64,000 bases of DNA from Nitrosopumilus sp. (GCA_965218785.1 OZ244650.1:320001-384000); one strand, 5' to 3'. Counted from the stretch's first letter, positions 20,597 to 31,719 are shown. Program-made: numbers and translations. The notes: a model not told the origin generated them from the sequence alone.

Positions 20597-21705
20597 TTAT
20601 TTTCAAAAAGAAATTGATCTATTTGGTTTTTTGCTTTTTCCCTTTTTTCTTGATGAACTGTAAGGAATTCATTAATTTTTTCAATTAAAATTGCTTTTAG
20701 TTCTCCTGAAAGTAGTTTTCCAGACTTGTAATCATCATAGATTGATTTTAGTTTATTATCATCTGGTTCAAAGAATATTCTTAGATATTGATATGAAACA
20801 TCAATGTCTGGGTTTCCACCAAGCTTTCTGTGTTCTTCGATATCCGGCTGACCTCCTGAAAATGCATATTTGTTGATCTTCTTTTTTACCATCTCTGGCA
20901 AGTCCGTTGTGTAAACTGTACCATTCTCATCTGAAGCCGACATTTTTCCACCGGGTCCTTCCAAAGATGGAATCATTATGTTGTGAATTAATGCTGGTTT
21001 TGGCTTTCCAATCTTTGGTGCAATGTCTCTTGTTAATCTAAAGTGTGGATCTTGGTCTACTCCTAATGGAATCAAAACTGGTTTGTCTTCAATAAAACAC
21101 GGTGCAGATTGTAGTGACGTGTAAAAAATCATACCCAGATTTGTTTCATTTGTAAATCCGAACGTTGCTTTGGTATTTGAAAAATTAATTTTTTTTGCTA
21201 CTTTAGCTGCAATTGGATAAAGGGTCTGAATGTTTTTTGTGTTGATGATGATTTTTGTTTTTTCTGGTTTGAAACCTAATGCGATAAAGTCCAATGCATT
21301 CTCATATGCAAATTTTCCAGTTTCCTCTAATGTCAGATTAGGTTTTGAATAAAATTTTTCGTCATCTGTTAATTGAAAATACATATTGACATCAAATTTT
21401 TCTTGTAGCCATTTTGCAAAAATCCATGGCACCAAATGACCAATGTGGGTATGGCCAGAAGGCCCCCTTCCGGTGTATAGAAAGAATTTGTTACCTTTTT
21501 CATAATCATCAAGAATTCTGTTCATATCTCTATGAGAAAAGAAAATACCCCTTCTCAGCATGAAATGGTCCTCGCCTGTCTTTTTCCTGATTCTGTCCTG
21601 CAGTTCTGAAGAAATCTTTTCAGTACCAAACTTTTTGGTTAATTTATCATAATCAATGTCCCCTTCAACATGCCAGGGGGTTACGATAAACTCATCAGAC
21701 GACAT
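20593..21705 (-). CDS. trpS: Tryptophan--tRNA ligase
   Basis: YTGRGPS, HIGH, DQDPHFR, KMSAS. Confidence 0.97.
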   Translation of the reverse strand: MSSDEFIVTPWHVEGDIDYDKLTKKFGTEKISSELQDRIRKKTGEDHFMLRRGIFFSHRDMNRILDDYEKGNKFFLYTGRGPSGHTHIGHLVPWIFAKWLQEKFDVNMYFQLTDDEKFYSKPNLTLEETGKFAYENALDFIALGFKPEKTKIIINTKNIQTLYPIAAKVAKKINFSNTKATFGFTNETNLGMIFYTSLQSAPCFIEDKPVLIPLGVDQDPHFRLTRDIAPKIGKPKPALIHNIMIPSLEGPGGKMSASDENGTVYTTDLPEMVKKKINKYAFSGGQPDIEEHRKLGGNPDIDVSYQYLRIFFEPDDNKLKSIYDDYKSGKLLSGELKAILIEKINEFLTVHQEKREKAKNQIDQFLFENK

Positions 21706-21753
21706 TCAAATTAATTTGGGTTAAGGTTTAAAAAGTCTTTTTCAAACCTTCTG

Positions 21754-23145
21754 ATGTTGCCACAGGTTTTTCACGATATTGAAAAAAAAATCATTCTCTC
21801 GCTAAAAGACAATCCGAAACAGACTCCTGAAATTCTTGAAAAATCTACAAAACTTTCCCCTGATCAGATCAGACGCGGAATTGAATGGCTTAGACTAAAG
21901 AATCTGGCAATCGTTGATGAATCAAAAACAAGCACCATAAGTCTGGGTAAAAACGGTCTTGAATCCCTGCAAAAAGGATTGCCTGAAAGACGATTACTAG
22001 ATTTACTTGGAGACGGTCCTAGAAAACTATCTGATCTGCAAAAAGAACTAGGTCCTGTTTTTGGAGCAGCCATGGGATTAGCTAGGAAAAATAACTGGGT
22101 TGAGGCATCATCTGAACAAATCACACTTAAGAATTCACCATCAGAACTTCCCGGTGAAAAGACCCTCAAACACATTGGAGAAAATAAGATTCCTCAGGAA
22201 AAAATTGACGGGAGTGATTTATCCTGGCTTTTGAAAAGACCTGATTTTATAATTGAAAATATTGTAAAGACAAGGGAGATCACTTTGAGTGATTCTGCAA
22301 AATCACTAAAACTCTCAGAATCCACTGGCGCAATAGACGTTGAGGCAACAGTACCAAAAGTTTTTGCAGCAAGAACCCATCCATTAAAAGATACCATTGA
22401 TGAAATTCGTGAAATATTTGTCACGTTAGGATTCTCTGAAATCAACGGCAATCTGACTCAATCATGCTTTTGGAATTTTGACGCACTTTTTACTCCACAG
22501 GATCATCCTGCACGGGAACTACAAGATACGTTTTATCTTGATGGCATATCTGCCAAAAAAATTGCGACTCCCGAACAGATTAGAAAAGTTTCAGAATCCC
22601 ACAAAAAGAATTGGAGGTATCACTGGGATATTAACGAAGCACGAAAGATGGTTCTACGGACACACACAACTTGTGTTACCATCAACCATCTAGCCCAAAC
22701 CAAGCCTGATGAAGCCAGGGTTTTTTCGCTGGGTCGTGTGTTTAGAAATGAAAAAGTCAGCTACAAACATCTTGTGGAATTTAATCAGATTGAAGGGGTT
22801 GTTGTAGGAAAAGATGCTAACTTGAGAAATTTAATGGGAATTCAACGAGAATTTTACAAGCGGATTGGAATTACAAAAATAAAATTCTGGCCAACATTTT
22901 TCCCCTATACAGAACCGTCACTTCAAACTATGGTATATAACGAAAGATTGGGAAAGTGGGTGGAATTATTTGGAATGGGAATTTTTAGACCTGAGGTAAC
23001 CAGACCTCTTGGTATTACCAAACCAGTTTTGGCATGGGGAGGCGGTATTGAAAGAATTGCCATGTTAAAGTATGGTCTTGATGATGTTAGGGAATTTTAC
23101 AATAACAACCTGAGTTGGTTGAGGAGTACTAGAAAATGCCAGTAG
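21754..23145 (+). CDS. pheS: Phenylalanine--tRNA ligase alpha subunit
   Basis: WNFDALF, HPARELQDTF, LRTHTT, FPYTEPS. Confidence 0.97.
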   Translation: MLPQVFHDIEKKIILSLKDNPKQTPEILEKSTKLSPDQIRRGIEWLRLKNLAIVDESKTSTISLGKNGLESLQKGLPERRLLDLLGDGPRKLSDLQKELGPVFGAAMGLARKNNWVEASSEQITLKNSPSELPGEKTLKHIGENKIPQEKIDGSDLSWLLKRPDFIIENIVKTREITLSDSAKSLKLSESTGAIDVEATVPKVFAARTHPLKDTIDEIREIFVTLGFSEINGNLTQSCFWNFDALFTPQDHPARELQDTFYLDGISAKKIATPEQIRKVSESHKKNWRYHWDINEARKMVLRTHTTCVTINHLAQTKPDEARVFSLGRVFRNEKVSYKHLVEFNQIEGVVVGKDANLRNLMGIQREFYKRIGITKIKFWPTFFPYTEPSLQTMVYNERLGKWVELFGMGIFRPEVTRPLGITKPVLAWGGGIERIAMLKYGLDDVREFYNNNLSWLRSTRKCQ

Positions 23146-24761
23146 TTGAGCTATCTTACACCAGACTTCAAAAACTAGTCGGCAGAGTCACAAAAAAACA
23201 AATTTCTGACATGCTGCCGTTTCTTGGATTGGATATCGAATCCGAAGACAAGGATCTGATTCGAATTGAATACAGTCCAAACAGACCTGATTATTCGACT
23301 GATTTTGGAATTGCACTAGGACTGCAGGGACTTTTGCGAATCAAGACTGGGGCAATCAAACTTTATGTTAAAAAATCAAGCAAATATTCAATATCTGTAA
23401 AATCTGAAGTCTCAAAAATACGCCCGTTTGTAACTGGCATCGTAGCTAAAAACGGAAAAATTGACGATAAAACAATCAAGCAGTTCATGGCCCTGCAGGA
23501 AGATCTTCATTTTGGAATAGGAAGAAGGAGAAAAAAGTCGTCAATAGGAATTCATGATTTGGACAAGATTACCTTCCCCCTAGTCTACAAAACCACCAGT
23601 AGAAATTACAAATTCATTCCATTAAACTCTGCCAAAGAACTTTCAATATCTGAAATTCTAAAAAATACCGATGTGGGAAAAGATTATGGGCCTATACTTG
23701 GAAATTCAACCCAGGTGCCAATCATTTTAGATGCAAAGAAAAATGCCGTCTCCTTTCCCCCGATAATTAATGCGGCAGTAACTACTGTTACAACTAGGAC
23801 AAAAAACCTGTTCGTTGAGGTAACTGGAATCAATAAAGAAGATGCTGAGGATATGCTTTCAGTTGTTGCTACTATTTTACAAGCTGCGGGTTTTACTTTA
23901 GAATCGGTTCAAATTTCTGGTGCAAAGAACTCCTCGCCAAAACTTGGGCAAAACAAAATGTCCGTAAGCCCTGCTCTAATCAACCAAACACTGGGTCTGA
24001 ATCTTAGCACTATTAAGATTATTTCATCATTGAAAAAATCCAGACTAGACGCATCTGTCAAGGGCAAGAATATCATTTGCACAATTCCTGCATATAGATT
24101 TGATATTTTCGGACCGATGGATTTGGTAGAAGAAGTTGCTTTAGGTTATGGAATTCAGAATCTTGAACCCACGTTATCTCCCTCCCAAACACTTGGAGAA
24201 AAACATCCAAATTCAGTTAATTTGGAATCCATCTCTTCTACCATGACTGGACTGGGATATATGGAGGCTCTAAATTCCAGCTTGACAAGTAAACGGGTTC
24301 TTTATGACAATACGCAAAGAGATTCATCAAAAATTATCACAGTCTTGGACTCTAAGAGTCTTGAACATACTGTTCTTAGGGATTGGCTGCTTTCGGGATT
24401 AATTGACAGTCTGGCAAGAAACATTCATGAGTCATATCCGCAAAAATTATTTGAGATTGGAACTGTCTTTGGCAAATCCAGCCCCATTACTGAAGAGACG
24501 CATCTTTGTGCAGCAAGCTCACACAAGGATGCAAATTTTAGTGAAATGAAATCTGTCCTGCAGTCTGCCATTCAATCAATATTTGGGGGGGTCTGTGAGA
24601 CTAAAACCATTACCCACCCGACTTTTGAAAAGGGGCATGTTGCCAGTATTACCATTGATGGCAAAGTCGTTGGAATCATTGGCAAAATCAGCAAATCTAC
24701 CAAAGACTGCTTTAAGCTTAGGGAGCCGATAGTTTCTTTTGAAGTAAAACTGCCTGATTAA
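23136..24761 (+). CDS. pheT: Phenylalanine--tRNA ligase beta subunit
   Basis: PNRPD, SIGIHDLD, SFPPIIN, DLVEEVALGYG; overlaps pheS. Confidence 0.96.
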   Translation: MPVVELSYTRLQKLVGRVTKKQISDMLPFLGLDIESEDKDLIRIEYSPNRPDYSTDFGIALGLQGLLRIKTGAIKLYVKKSSKYSISVKSEVSKIRPFVTGIVAKNGKIDDKTIKQFMALQEDLHFGIGRRRKKSSIGIHDLDKITFPLVYKTTSRNYKFIPLNSAKELSISEILKNTDVGKDYGPILGNSTQVPIILDAKKNAVSFPPIINAAVTTVTTRTKNLFVEVTGINKEDAEDMLSVVATILQAAGFTLESVQISGAKNSSPKLGQNKMSVSPALINQTLGLNLSTIKIISSLKKSRLDASVKGKNIICTIPAYRFDIFGPMDLVEEVALGYGIQNLEPTLSPSQTLGEKHPNSVNLESISSTMTGLGYMEALNSSLTSKRVLYDNTQRDSSKIITVLDSKSLEHTVLRDWLLSGLIDSLARNIHESYPQKLFEIGTVFGKSSPITEETHLCAASSHKDANFSEMKSVLQSAIQSIFGGVCETKTITHPTFEKGHVASITIDGKVVGIIGKISKSTKDCFKLREPIVSFEVKLPD

Positions 24762-24784
24762 TATTTAACCAAGTAAAATACACT

Positions 24785-24954
24785 GTGCCCTAAGAGCAAC
24801 CATGCAGACGGATTGGGATGATGTCGATCGTAATGATACCAATGATTTTCAATTCACCCAGGCATGGCACATTCAGGGCGCCCCGGTTTCAGAACCCAAG
24901 GAGGTTTTGGCTAAATACCAATGATCTTGTGCGAGTCAGAACCGGGGGACAATT
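24785..24954 (+). ncRNA. Candidate two-hairpin K-turn / H-ACA-like small RNA
   Basis: GC-rich stems TGCCCT/AGGGCG, CCATGC/GCATGG, CCCCGGTT/AACCGGGG; ATACCAATGAT in both hairpins; ACA at 24949-24951; AT-rich box upstream. Confidence 0.55.
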
Positions 24955-24994
24955 CAAAAACATAAAACCCCCGTTGCAATTGTAAAAAACTGAA

Positions 24995-25414
24995 ATGGTG
25001 AATTACTGGCTGGCAAAACAGGAACCTAGCGGACCTAGAGGATATGATTTTGAACAGCTCAAAAAAGAGAAAACAACAGTCTGGGATGGAATCCACAACA
25101 ATCTTGCATTAAAGCACATGAGGGAGATGAAGCCCGGAGATCTTGTCTTGTTTTATCATACCGGCGATGAAAGACAGGCCGTCGGTATTATGCAGGTTAC
25201 TTCAAAGCCCTATCCAAATCCAAAAGAAGACAATGAGCGTTTTATTGTTGTAGATGTCAAATACAAAAAAACACTGAATCGTCCGGTGACACTTGATGAA
25301 ATGAAAAAGGAAAAAAAATTCAAAGACTGGGAGCTAATCAGGATTTCAAGACTTTCTATGATGCCTGTTCCAAAGCAGATCTGGGATGAAATACTGAGTA
25401 TTTCTCAAAATTAG
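24995..25414 (+). CDS. EVE domain protein
   Basis: YWLAKQEP, WDGIHN, MKPGDLVLFYH, RLSMMPV. Confidence 0.93.
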   Translation: MVNYWLAKQEPSGPRGYDFEQLKKEKTTVWDGIHNNLALKHMREMKPGDLVLFYHTGDERQAVGIMQVTSKPYPNPKEDNERFIVVDVKYKKTLNRPVTLDEMKKEKKFKDWELIRISRLSMMPVPKQIWDEILSISQN

Positions 25415-25429
25415 AATCGTGGATTTGTT

Positions 25430-25900
25430 GGTATAAACTGATTGTGCAGAATGACGATACCTGCTGTCTCAAAATCATAATTCCTGCCCAACAAATCCGT
25501 GTACTCTTCAAACTCAGAGCCGTTTTATGCTGCATATGCAGGAGTATGATTGTGTCCAAATAACTTTTCAGGATTTGTAATGTTGGCAATCATCTGTCTC
25601 CTGCATTTATGATATTTTCTTGCAGTTGTTTTTGTTGTAATAACAGGATCTAGTAGTGGTTTTGTCATCATTTTGTACGGCATTTGAATTTGATTACTAT
25701 CAATCATCTTTGAGAACTCTCCATTCTTTGTTATCTTTTCTTGTTTACGTGGATTGTCTTTATCTTCGAGTTGTTCTTTTAACTAGTCTTTGCTATTTCC
25801 TATTTTATGATTAATTTATCATCGAATTCATCGATAGTAAATGTGGCAACAGGAATCAGGACATCAAGTACCATGGTATCGGATATTTTGTTCCAGTCAT
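25430..25900 (-). pseudogene. Probable decayed gene, possibly CBS-domain
   Basis: Broken ORF fragments (MMTKPL...) in an otherwise dense region; weak resemblance only, boundaries approximate. Confidence 0.25.
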
Positions 25901-26038
25901 TAAAAATCACCATATTAGGACGAGTGAATAAAGATGTCCTGATTTTTGTTTATTTTGATATATTTTTTGATGAAATTTACTCATAAATAGACTAATTAAA
26001 TTCGGTTTATTGATATAGTCGGCTTGTTTAACGGGTTT

Positions 26039-26278
26039 ATGGCAACAGCTTATGTTTTAATAAACTGTGAACTAGGTTCCGAAGAGGCTATAATTAAGCA
26101 ACTAAAGGGTCTAGAAGGTGTTAAAGAAGTTCATGGAACTTTTGGTGCATACGATATTCTGGCCAAGATAGAATCTGATACCGTAGAAAAACTTAGAGAA
26201 ACTATTACTTGGAAGATCAGAAAGATTGAAAAGATTCGTTCAACTCTTACCCTGATGGGTATTGAAGGCCAGACATAA
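26039..26278 (+). CDS. Lrp/AsnC ligand-binding (RAM) domain protein
   Basis: AYVLIN, GAYDILAKIE, IRSTLTL; start moved to ATG 26039. Confidence 0.9.
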   Translation: MATAYVLINCELGSEEAIIKQLKGLEGVKEVHGTFGAYDILAKIESDTVEKLRETITWKIRKIEKIRSTLTLMGIEGQT

Positions 26279-26296
26279 ACACCCCTTTTTCTTATT

Positions 26297-26866
26297 ATGA
26301 TTTTACATTTTATTTTTGTTGTAAAAGAAGAGGATCGAAAAAAACGCCAGTTTGAATTTGAATATATTAAAAAAATGGGTCAGTTTTACAAGGTATGGAT
26401 TAAGGAAAAGTTTGGAAGGGATTATGAAATTAAATGTGATGAACTGATCACAACACCCAGGGGCATTCTTCAAAGACTTGATACGAACACCCTTGTACGT
26501 GATCATGAACAAAGGGGAAAAGACGTTTATCATTTCTATCTGACCCATTTTCGACCGTTATGGACTGATTGTACTTGCGAAGGATATCATGCCGAGAATT
26601 TTGGAATGGTGTTTTGGCAACCGCTTAAAGAATCAAATGATACGTTGTTTCTTGCAGAAAAAAACTGTACTACTGTTTCTCATGAATTACTTCATGAGAT
26701 ACTGCGAATTGCAGGGCACAAAAAATTCATTCAAGAAGTTCATGACATTTGGACAAAACATCTCTTTGAACAATTGGAATTTGAACAATTTGATGAAAAT
26801 TTTCAAAAAACTGATGGCAAACCCATGTTTTTAGCAATGGATACATCACAATTGAATCTAGGATAA
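26297..26866 (+). CDS. Hypothetical protein with HExxH motif (zincin-like)
   Basis: VSHELLHE. Confidence 0.7.
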   Translation: MILHFIFVVKEEDRKKRQFEFEYIKKMGQFYKVWIKEKFGRDYEIKCDELITTPRGILQRLDTNTLVRDHEQRGKDVYHFYLTHFRPLWTDCTCEGYHAENFGMVFWQPLKESNDTLFLAEKNCTTVSHELLHEILRIAGHKKFIQEVHDIWTKHLFEQLEFEQFDENFQKTDGKPMFLAMDTSQLNLG

Positions 26867-26875
26867 CTTTACAAA

Positions 26876-27514
26876 CTAACACTTTGTGACAGAATAAATG
26901 TTATTTTCAAAGTTTGCCGTTTTAAAATTTAACATATTTTCTGGATCATCATTTCTTGACTTACTCAGGTTTTCAAGCTCTACTAACGCATCCCCCCTGA
27001 AACCTACTGAAGCACCATAGACTGCATCAGTGAGCATCGTTCCATGCTCGCCTTTTTTGATGTCATCTACCATTTCATAAAACCGGACTGTCTCTTTTTT
27101 GTTGACAGGATTTCCGATTGGTTTGTTATATGCAACTGCAATATACATTCCGTTATTTTTTACTGCAACTGGAATCTTGTGATTTTTACCTGTTTGGCCC
27201 GGAATTATTTCGTTTACTAGAATTTCACATTTATGATACATGCTCGAAATATACGCATAAAATCTGTACTGTGCATATTTTCCTGCATCATCTTCTTTAC
27301 AACCTACGAAAACCCGGTGTAACAATTCCAGGGCATCATCATTCATGCTTTGCAGCCTGTCATCGATTCTGCCCCTTTCAAGCAGGTCTGACTTGCATTC
27401 TTTTGCAATTAATACTAAAATAAAATCAGGCAAATTGTAATTTTTCAGGGCGGCAACAAATGCCCCTGCCTGTGACATGCCGAATTTTGGAAAACCCTTA
27501 TTGACCATGCTCAA
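26876..27514 (-). CDS. Hypothetical protein
   Basis: Intact ORF; C-terminal half loosely resembles a degenerate restriction-endonuclease fold. Confidence 0.7.
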   Translation of the reverse strand: MSMVNKGFPKFGMSQAGAFVAALKNYNLPDFILVLIAKECKSDLLERGRIDDRLQSMNDDALELLHRVFVGCKEDDAGKYAQYRFYAYISSMYHKCEILVNEIIPGQTGKNHKIPVAVKNNGMYIAVAYNKPIGNPVNKKETVRFYEMVDDIKKGEHGTMLTDAVYGASVGFRGDALVELENLSKSRNDDPENMLNFKTANFENNIYSVTKC

Positions 27515-27664
27515 ACCTCACTTTAGAAAACTTGTAACTTTTCAACACTTACTTGAAAAGGCACTTTTGGCTTATAATTGTTGAGAAATTTGCATGCCTG
27601 TTACAATGTTTTTTCGAATTTTTAAATTGTAAATATTAAATTCAGGCCTGATTTACCACATCTT

Positions 27665-29941
27665 ATGGAAATTGATACTACTTTTGAGCTTGTTGCAAAA
27701 GTATATCTGAAATTAAAAGAAAATATTGTAAAATACCGAAATATTACCGGAAAACCACTTACACTTACTGAGAAAATCCTATCCGGCCATTTCAATGAAA
27801 TGACTGAGAAAAGTTTCGTTGGTGGAAAAGATTATGTTTTTCTCAAACCTGACAGGGTTGCATTACAAGATGTTACGGGTCAAATGGTAATGCTTCAATT
27901 CATGCAAGCTGATCTTAAGCAAACGGTCCTGCCAACAACCGTACACTGTGATCATCTCATTAGAGCTGAAGTTCAGGGCGATGTAGACATGAAAGTCTCT
28001 CTTGATGAAAACAGCGAGGTCTTCAAATTCCTACAATCATCTGCGGCAAAATTCGGATGCGGTTTTTGGAAACCGGGCGCCGGAATTATTCACCAGGTGG
28101 TTCTTGAAAACTATGCATTTCCTGGCGGATTGATGATTGGTACTGATTCTCACACTCCAAACGCCGGCGGTCTTGGAATGATTGCTATTGGAGTTGGTGG
28201 ATTGGACGCAGCCGAGACTATGGCAGGCATGCCTTGGGAACTACTTTATCCCAAACGAATCGGTGTAAAACTGACTGGCGAATTAAATGGATGGACATCT
28301 CCAAAAGATATCATACTCAAAGTTGCTGAGGAACTGACAGTTTCTGGCGGCACTAATTCTATAGTTGAGTATTTTGGATCTGGAACCAAGTCTATTAGTT
28401 GTACTGGCAAAGCCACAATCACCAACATGGGAGCTGAGATTGGTGCAACATGTTCAGTCTTTCCTTATGATCAAAGAATGGAAACCTATCTGAGATATAC
28501 CAACAAAGAGGATATAGCTGAATTGGCAAATCAGAATAAAGAATTACTTGTAGCAGATCCCGAAGTTGAGACAAATCCTGAAAATTTCTTTGATCAGGTC
28601 ATTGAAATCAATCTTTCAGTATTGGAGCCACGTATTGTTGGACCCCATACTCCTGATTTGGCAAGAACAATTTCCGAACTAGCAGATGATGTAAAATCCA
28701 ATGATTATGTTGATCCAATCTCTGTTGCGTTAATTGGCAGCTGTACAAATTCATCTTATGAGGATATGTCAAGAGCCGCAGACTTGGCCAAACAAGCAAC
28801 TGCAAAAGGAATCAAAGCCAAAATTCCATTACTGGTGACTCCTGGTTCTGAACAAATTCGGGGGACTATTGAACGGGATGGACAGATGAATTCTCTAAAA
28901 GAAATCGGCGCAACTGTCCTGGCAAATGCATGTGGTCCCTGCATTGGTCAATGGAACAGACCTGAATTGGATGAAGATCAAAGAAATACTATTGTTACAA
29001 CATTTAACAGAAATTTCCCTGGACGAAATGACGGTCATCGAAACACTCTGAATTTCATTGGAAGTCCTGAAATGATCATCGCCTTAGCTTTGGATGGGCG
29101 GCTTTCCTTTAATCCATTAAAAGATGAATTAACAGCATCTGATGGAACAAAATTCAAGCTTGAAGCACCAAAACCTGCACCTGAAGTACCTCCGCAGGGT
29201 TTTATGAGACCCGAAGGAATTTTTGTCGCCCCACCTGAAAATTCTGATGATGTTGATGTCATCATTGATCCTAACAGCAAAAGATTGCAACGCTTGGAAC
29301 CATTTCCAAAATGGGATGGAAAAGACTATCAAGAAATACCAGTCATGGTAAAAGCAAAGGGCAAATGTACCACGGATCATATCTCTCCTGCAGGTGCATG
29401 GCTGTCACTACGAGGACACTTGGATAATCTCAGTGATAACATGCTGTTGGGTGCAGTTAACGCATTCAATGATGAGGTAGGTCATGGCAGGAATATTCTC
29501 ACTAATCAACTTGAATTATTTTCAAATATTGCAAGACAGTATAAAGAAAAACAGATACGGTGGGTGATTGTCGGTGACAATAACTACGGTGAGGGCAGCA
29601 GTAGAGAACATGCTGCAATGACTCCGAGACATCTGGGATGTGCTGCAGTCATTACAAAAAGTCTGGCTAGAATACATGAAACAAATCTGAAAAAACAGGG
29701 AATTCTGGCATTAACCTTTAGCAATCCGGAAGATTATGACAAAATCCTTGAAGACGATAAAATCAGCTTGCTTGGTTTGAATGAACTAGAACCGCACAAG
29801 CAGATCAGATGCGTTCTCACACACGGTGATGGAAACAAAGAAGAGATTCTGTTAAATCATTCATACAACAAATCTCAAATTGAATGGTTCAGGGCCGGTT
29901 CTGCACTAAATGTTTTGAGAAATAACCGGCAGAATTTTTAA
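27665..29941 (+). CDS. acn: Aconitate hydratase (mitochondrial-like type)
   Basis: HCDHLI, GTDSHT, IGSCTNSSY, ANACGPCIG, TTDHIS, GSSREHA. Confidence 0.96.
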   Translation: MEIDTTFELVAKVYLKLKENIVKYRNITGKPLTLTEKILSGHFNEMTEKSFVGGKDYVFLKPDRVALQDVTGQMVMLQFMQADLKQTVLPTTVHCDHLIRAEVQGDVDMKVSLDENSEVFKFLQSSAAKFGCGFWKPGAGIIHQVVLENYAFPGGLMIGTDSHTPNAGGLGMIAIGVGGLDAAETMAGMPWELLYPKRIGVKLTGELNGWTSPKDIILKVAEELTVSGGTNSIVEYFGSGTKSISCTGKATITNMGAEIGATCSVFPYDQRMETYLRYTNKEDIAELANQNKELLVADPEVETNPENFFDQVIEINLSVLEPRIVGPHTPDLARTISELADDVKSNDYVDPISVALIGSCTNSSYEDMSRAADLAKQATAKGIKAKIPLLVTPGSEQIRGTIERDGQMNSLKEIGATVLANACGPCIGQWNRPELDEDQRNTIVTTFNRNFPGRNDGHRNTLNFIGSPEMIIALALDGRLSFNPLKDELTASDGTKFKLEAPKPAPEVPPQGFMRPEGIFVAPPENSDDVDVIIDPNSKRLQRLEPFPKWDGKDYQEIPVMVKAKGKCTTDHISPAGAWLSLRGHLDNLSDNMLLGAVNAFNDEVGHGRNILTNQLELFSNIARQYKEKQIRWVIVGDNNYGEGSSREHAAMTPRHLGCAAVITKSLARIHETNLKKQGILALTFSNPEDYDKILEDDKISLLGLNELEPHKQIRCVLTHGDGNKEEILLNHSYNKSQIEWFRAGSALNVLRNNRQNF

Positions 29942-29943
29942 CG

Positions 29944-30096
29944 TGGGGCCGACCGGAATCGAACCGGCGACCTACGGGTCACTACAGCTCCAAACTTACA
30001 TCATCCGTGAGTCAGTTTAGCTTAGTTTACCTCTGGAGCCCTTAGCGGTGATCTGTTCGTAGACACTGTCGCCCTACCAGGCTAGGCTACGACCCC
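29944..30096 (-). tRNA. tRNA-Trp(CCA) with two predicted introns (30042-30067 in anticodon stem; 29980-30032 at 37/38)
   Basis: GGGGTCG acceptor and GTTCGATTC T loop; removing inserts restores ACGGG-CTCCAGA-CCCGT; first intron has BHB-like GGCG/CGCT helix. Confidence 0.88.
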
Positions 30097-30186
30097 ACAC
30101 TCAAGAATGAAATAGACTCGAATTTTAAGTTATTTTTAACCAAGATTTAATTGAGATTAACATGAATTTGTACTTGATAATCAACT

Positions 30187-30720
30187 TTGGTAAAAACAGT
30201 CCATCTTGCATTGGGTGCAATTCCGGTAATTATAGCCCTTTTAATCTCGATTCCGCTGATTACAAAAAACGAAATTCCGACTTCTGCGGCAAATTCTTAT
30301 GATACTATTGAGATCGAGTACACCAAACACCAGTTGAAGAAAATCTCCAACGGTATCACAGAAAGAGTGGGTGCCCAGCAAACCGAGATTCTTTTTATCA
30401 AAAATGACGGTGATTTAAAATACTCTCTAACCGAACACGGGTATATCAGACCTGATGTTCGTTCTAAATTAGATGAGGTAAAACTTGACAGAATAAAGGC
30501 ATTGATCAAGGAGACCGGATTCATATCAATTCCATCAGAATCATTTTTGATTCTAGATGATGTAACTGAATATCAAAAATCAAATATCAAGATAACTCTC
30601 AATGGACGGCTAAATCAAATTCACTGGCCAGAACAAAATGCCACGGAACAATTTATTCCTCCGATAATTGACAGGGTTGCATCCGAACTGGATCAAATCA
30701 TATCTGAAATTAGTGAATAG
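30187..30720 (+). CDS. Membrane-anchored hypothetical protein
   Basis: N-terminal TM helix; TTG start. Confidence 0.7.
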   Translation: MVKTVHLALGAIPVIIALLISIPLITKNEIPTSAANSYDTIEIEYTKHQLKKISNGITERVGAQQTEILFIKNDGDLKYSLTEHGYIRPDVRSKLDEVKLDRIKALIKETGFISIPSESFLILDDVTEYQKSNIKITLNGRLNQIHWPEQNATEQFIPPIIDRVASELDQIISEISE

Positions 30721-30750
30721 ATACAAATAGTCTCTAGTAAAAATCAGAAC

Positions 30751-31719
30751 ATGCTTCCACTCTCCGGTCAGCGGCATGATGCTAAAGGCATAGTCTCTGA
30801 AAAAGCAGACTCTGTTGATATCCTGCGTGGTTCGTCCACCGTTAAGCGGGGTTTTGCCCATATGTTGAAAAATGGAGTGGTGATGGATGTTACCACCGTA
30901 GAACAAGCTCAAATTGCTGAAGAAGCCGGGGCAGTTTCTGTAATGGTCTTGGACAAACTTCCATCTGAAGTTAGAAAGGCAGGCGGAGTTGCACGCACTG
31001 CAAGTATCAGAATTATTGAGGACATTATGGGTTCAGTAACAATACCTGTCATGGCTAAATGTAGAATTGGCCATGTCAATGAGGCATTGATTCTACAGGA
31101 AACTGATGTGGACATGATTGATGAATCTGAAGTTTTAACCCCTGCTGACGAGTCCCACCATATCTGGAAATGGGATTTTACAACACCTTTTGTAAACGGT
31201 GCAAGATCTCTGGCCGAAGCCCTGAGAAGAATTGAAGAGGGTGCAGCAATGATTAGAACAAAAGGGGAACCGGGAACGGGAAATGTTGCAGAAGCCGTCA
31301 CCCATATCAAAAAGGTCAATGATCAATTAAGAACGATAAAGTCAATTTATGATTCTGGAGACGACCAGGATTTGGTAAGGATGGCAAGAGAATTCAGGGT
31401 ATCTTATGATATTGTTAAACAAACTGCCAAACTTGGAAGATTGCCTGTTGTAAATTTTGCCGCCGGTGGAATCGCAACACCTGCAGATGCAGCATATCTT
31501 ATGTCTCTTGGATGTGATGGAATCTTTGTCGGTTCTGGAATTTTTAACGCCGATGATGCAAAAGAAAGGGCAAAAGCAATAGTTTTGGCTACTACCTTTT
31601 GGAACGAGTCTGAAAAAGTAAAAGAAGCCCAAAAAATGATCGATGAAAGGCAGTCCATGCTGGGATTGGATGTAAATACACTGGAATTACGTATGCAAGA
31701 ACGTGGCGGATCTTCATGA
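30751..31719 (+). CDS. pdxS: Pyridoxal 5'-phosphate synthase lyase subunit
   Basis: [35 protein letters not shown]. Confidence 0.97.
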   Translation: MLPLSGQRHDAKGIVSEKADSVDILRGSSTVKRGFAHMLKNGVVMDVTTVEQAQIAEEAGAVSVMVLDKLPSEVRKAGGVARTASIRIIEDIMGSVTIPVMAKCRIGHVNEALILQETDVDMIDESEVLTPADESHHIWKWDFTTPFVNGARSLAEALRRIEEGAAMIRTKGEPGTGNVAEAVTHIKKVNDQLRTIKSIYDSGDDQDLVRMAREFRVSYDIVKQTAKLGRLPVVNFAAGGIATPADAAYLMSLGCDGIFVGSGIFNADDAKERAKAIVLATTFWNESEKVKEAQKMIDERQSMLGLDVNTLELRMQERGGSS

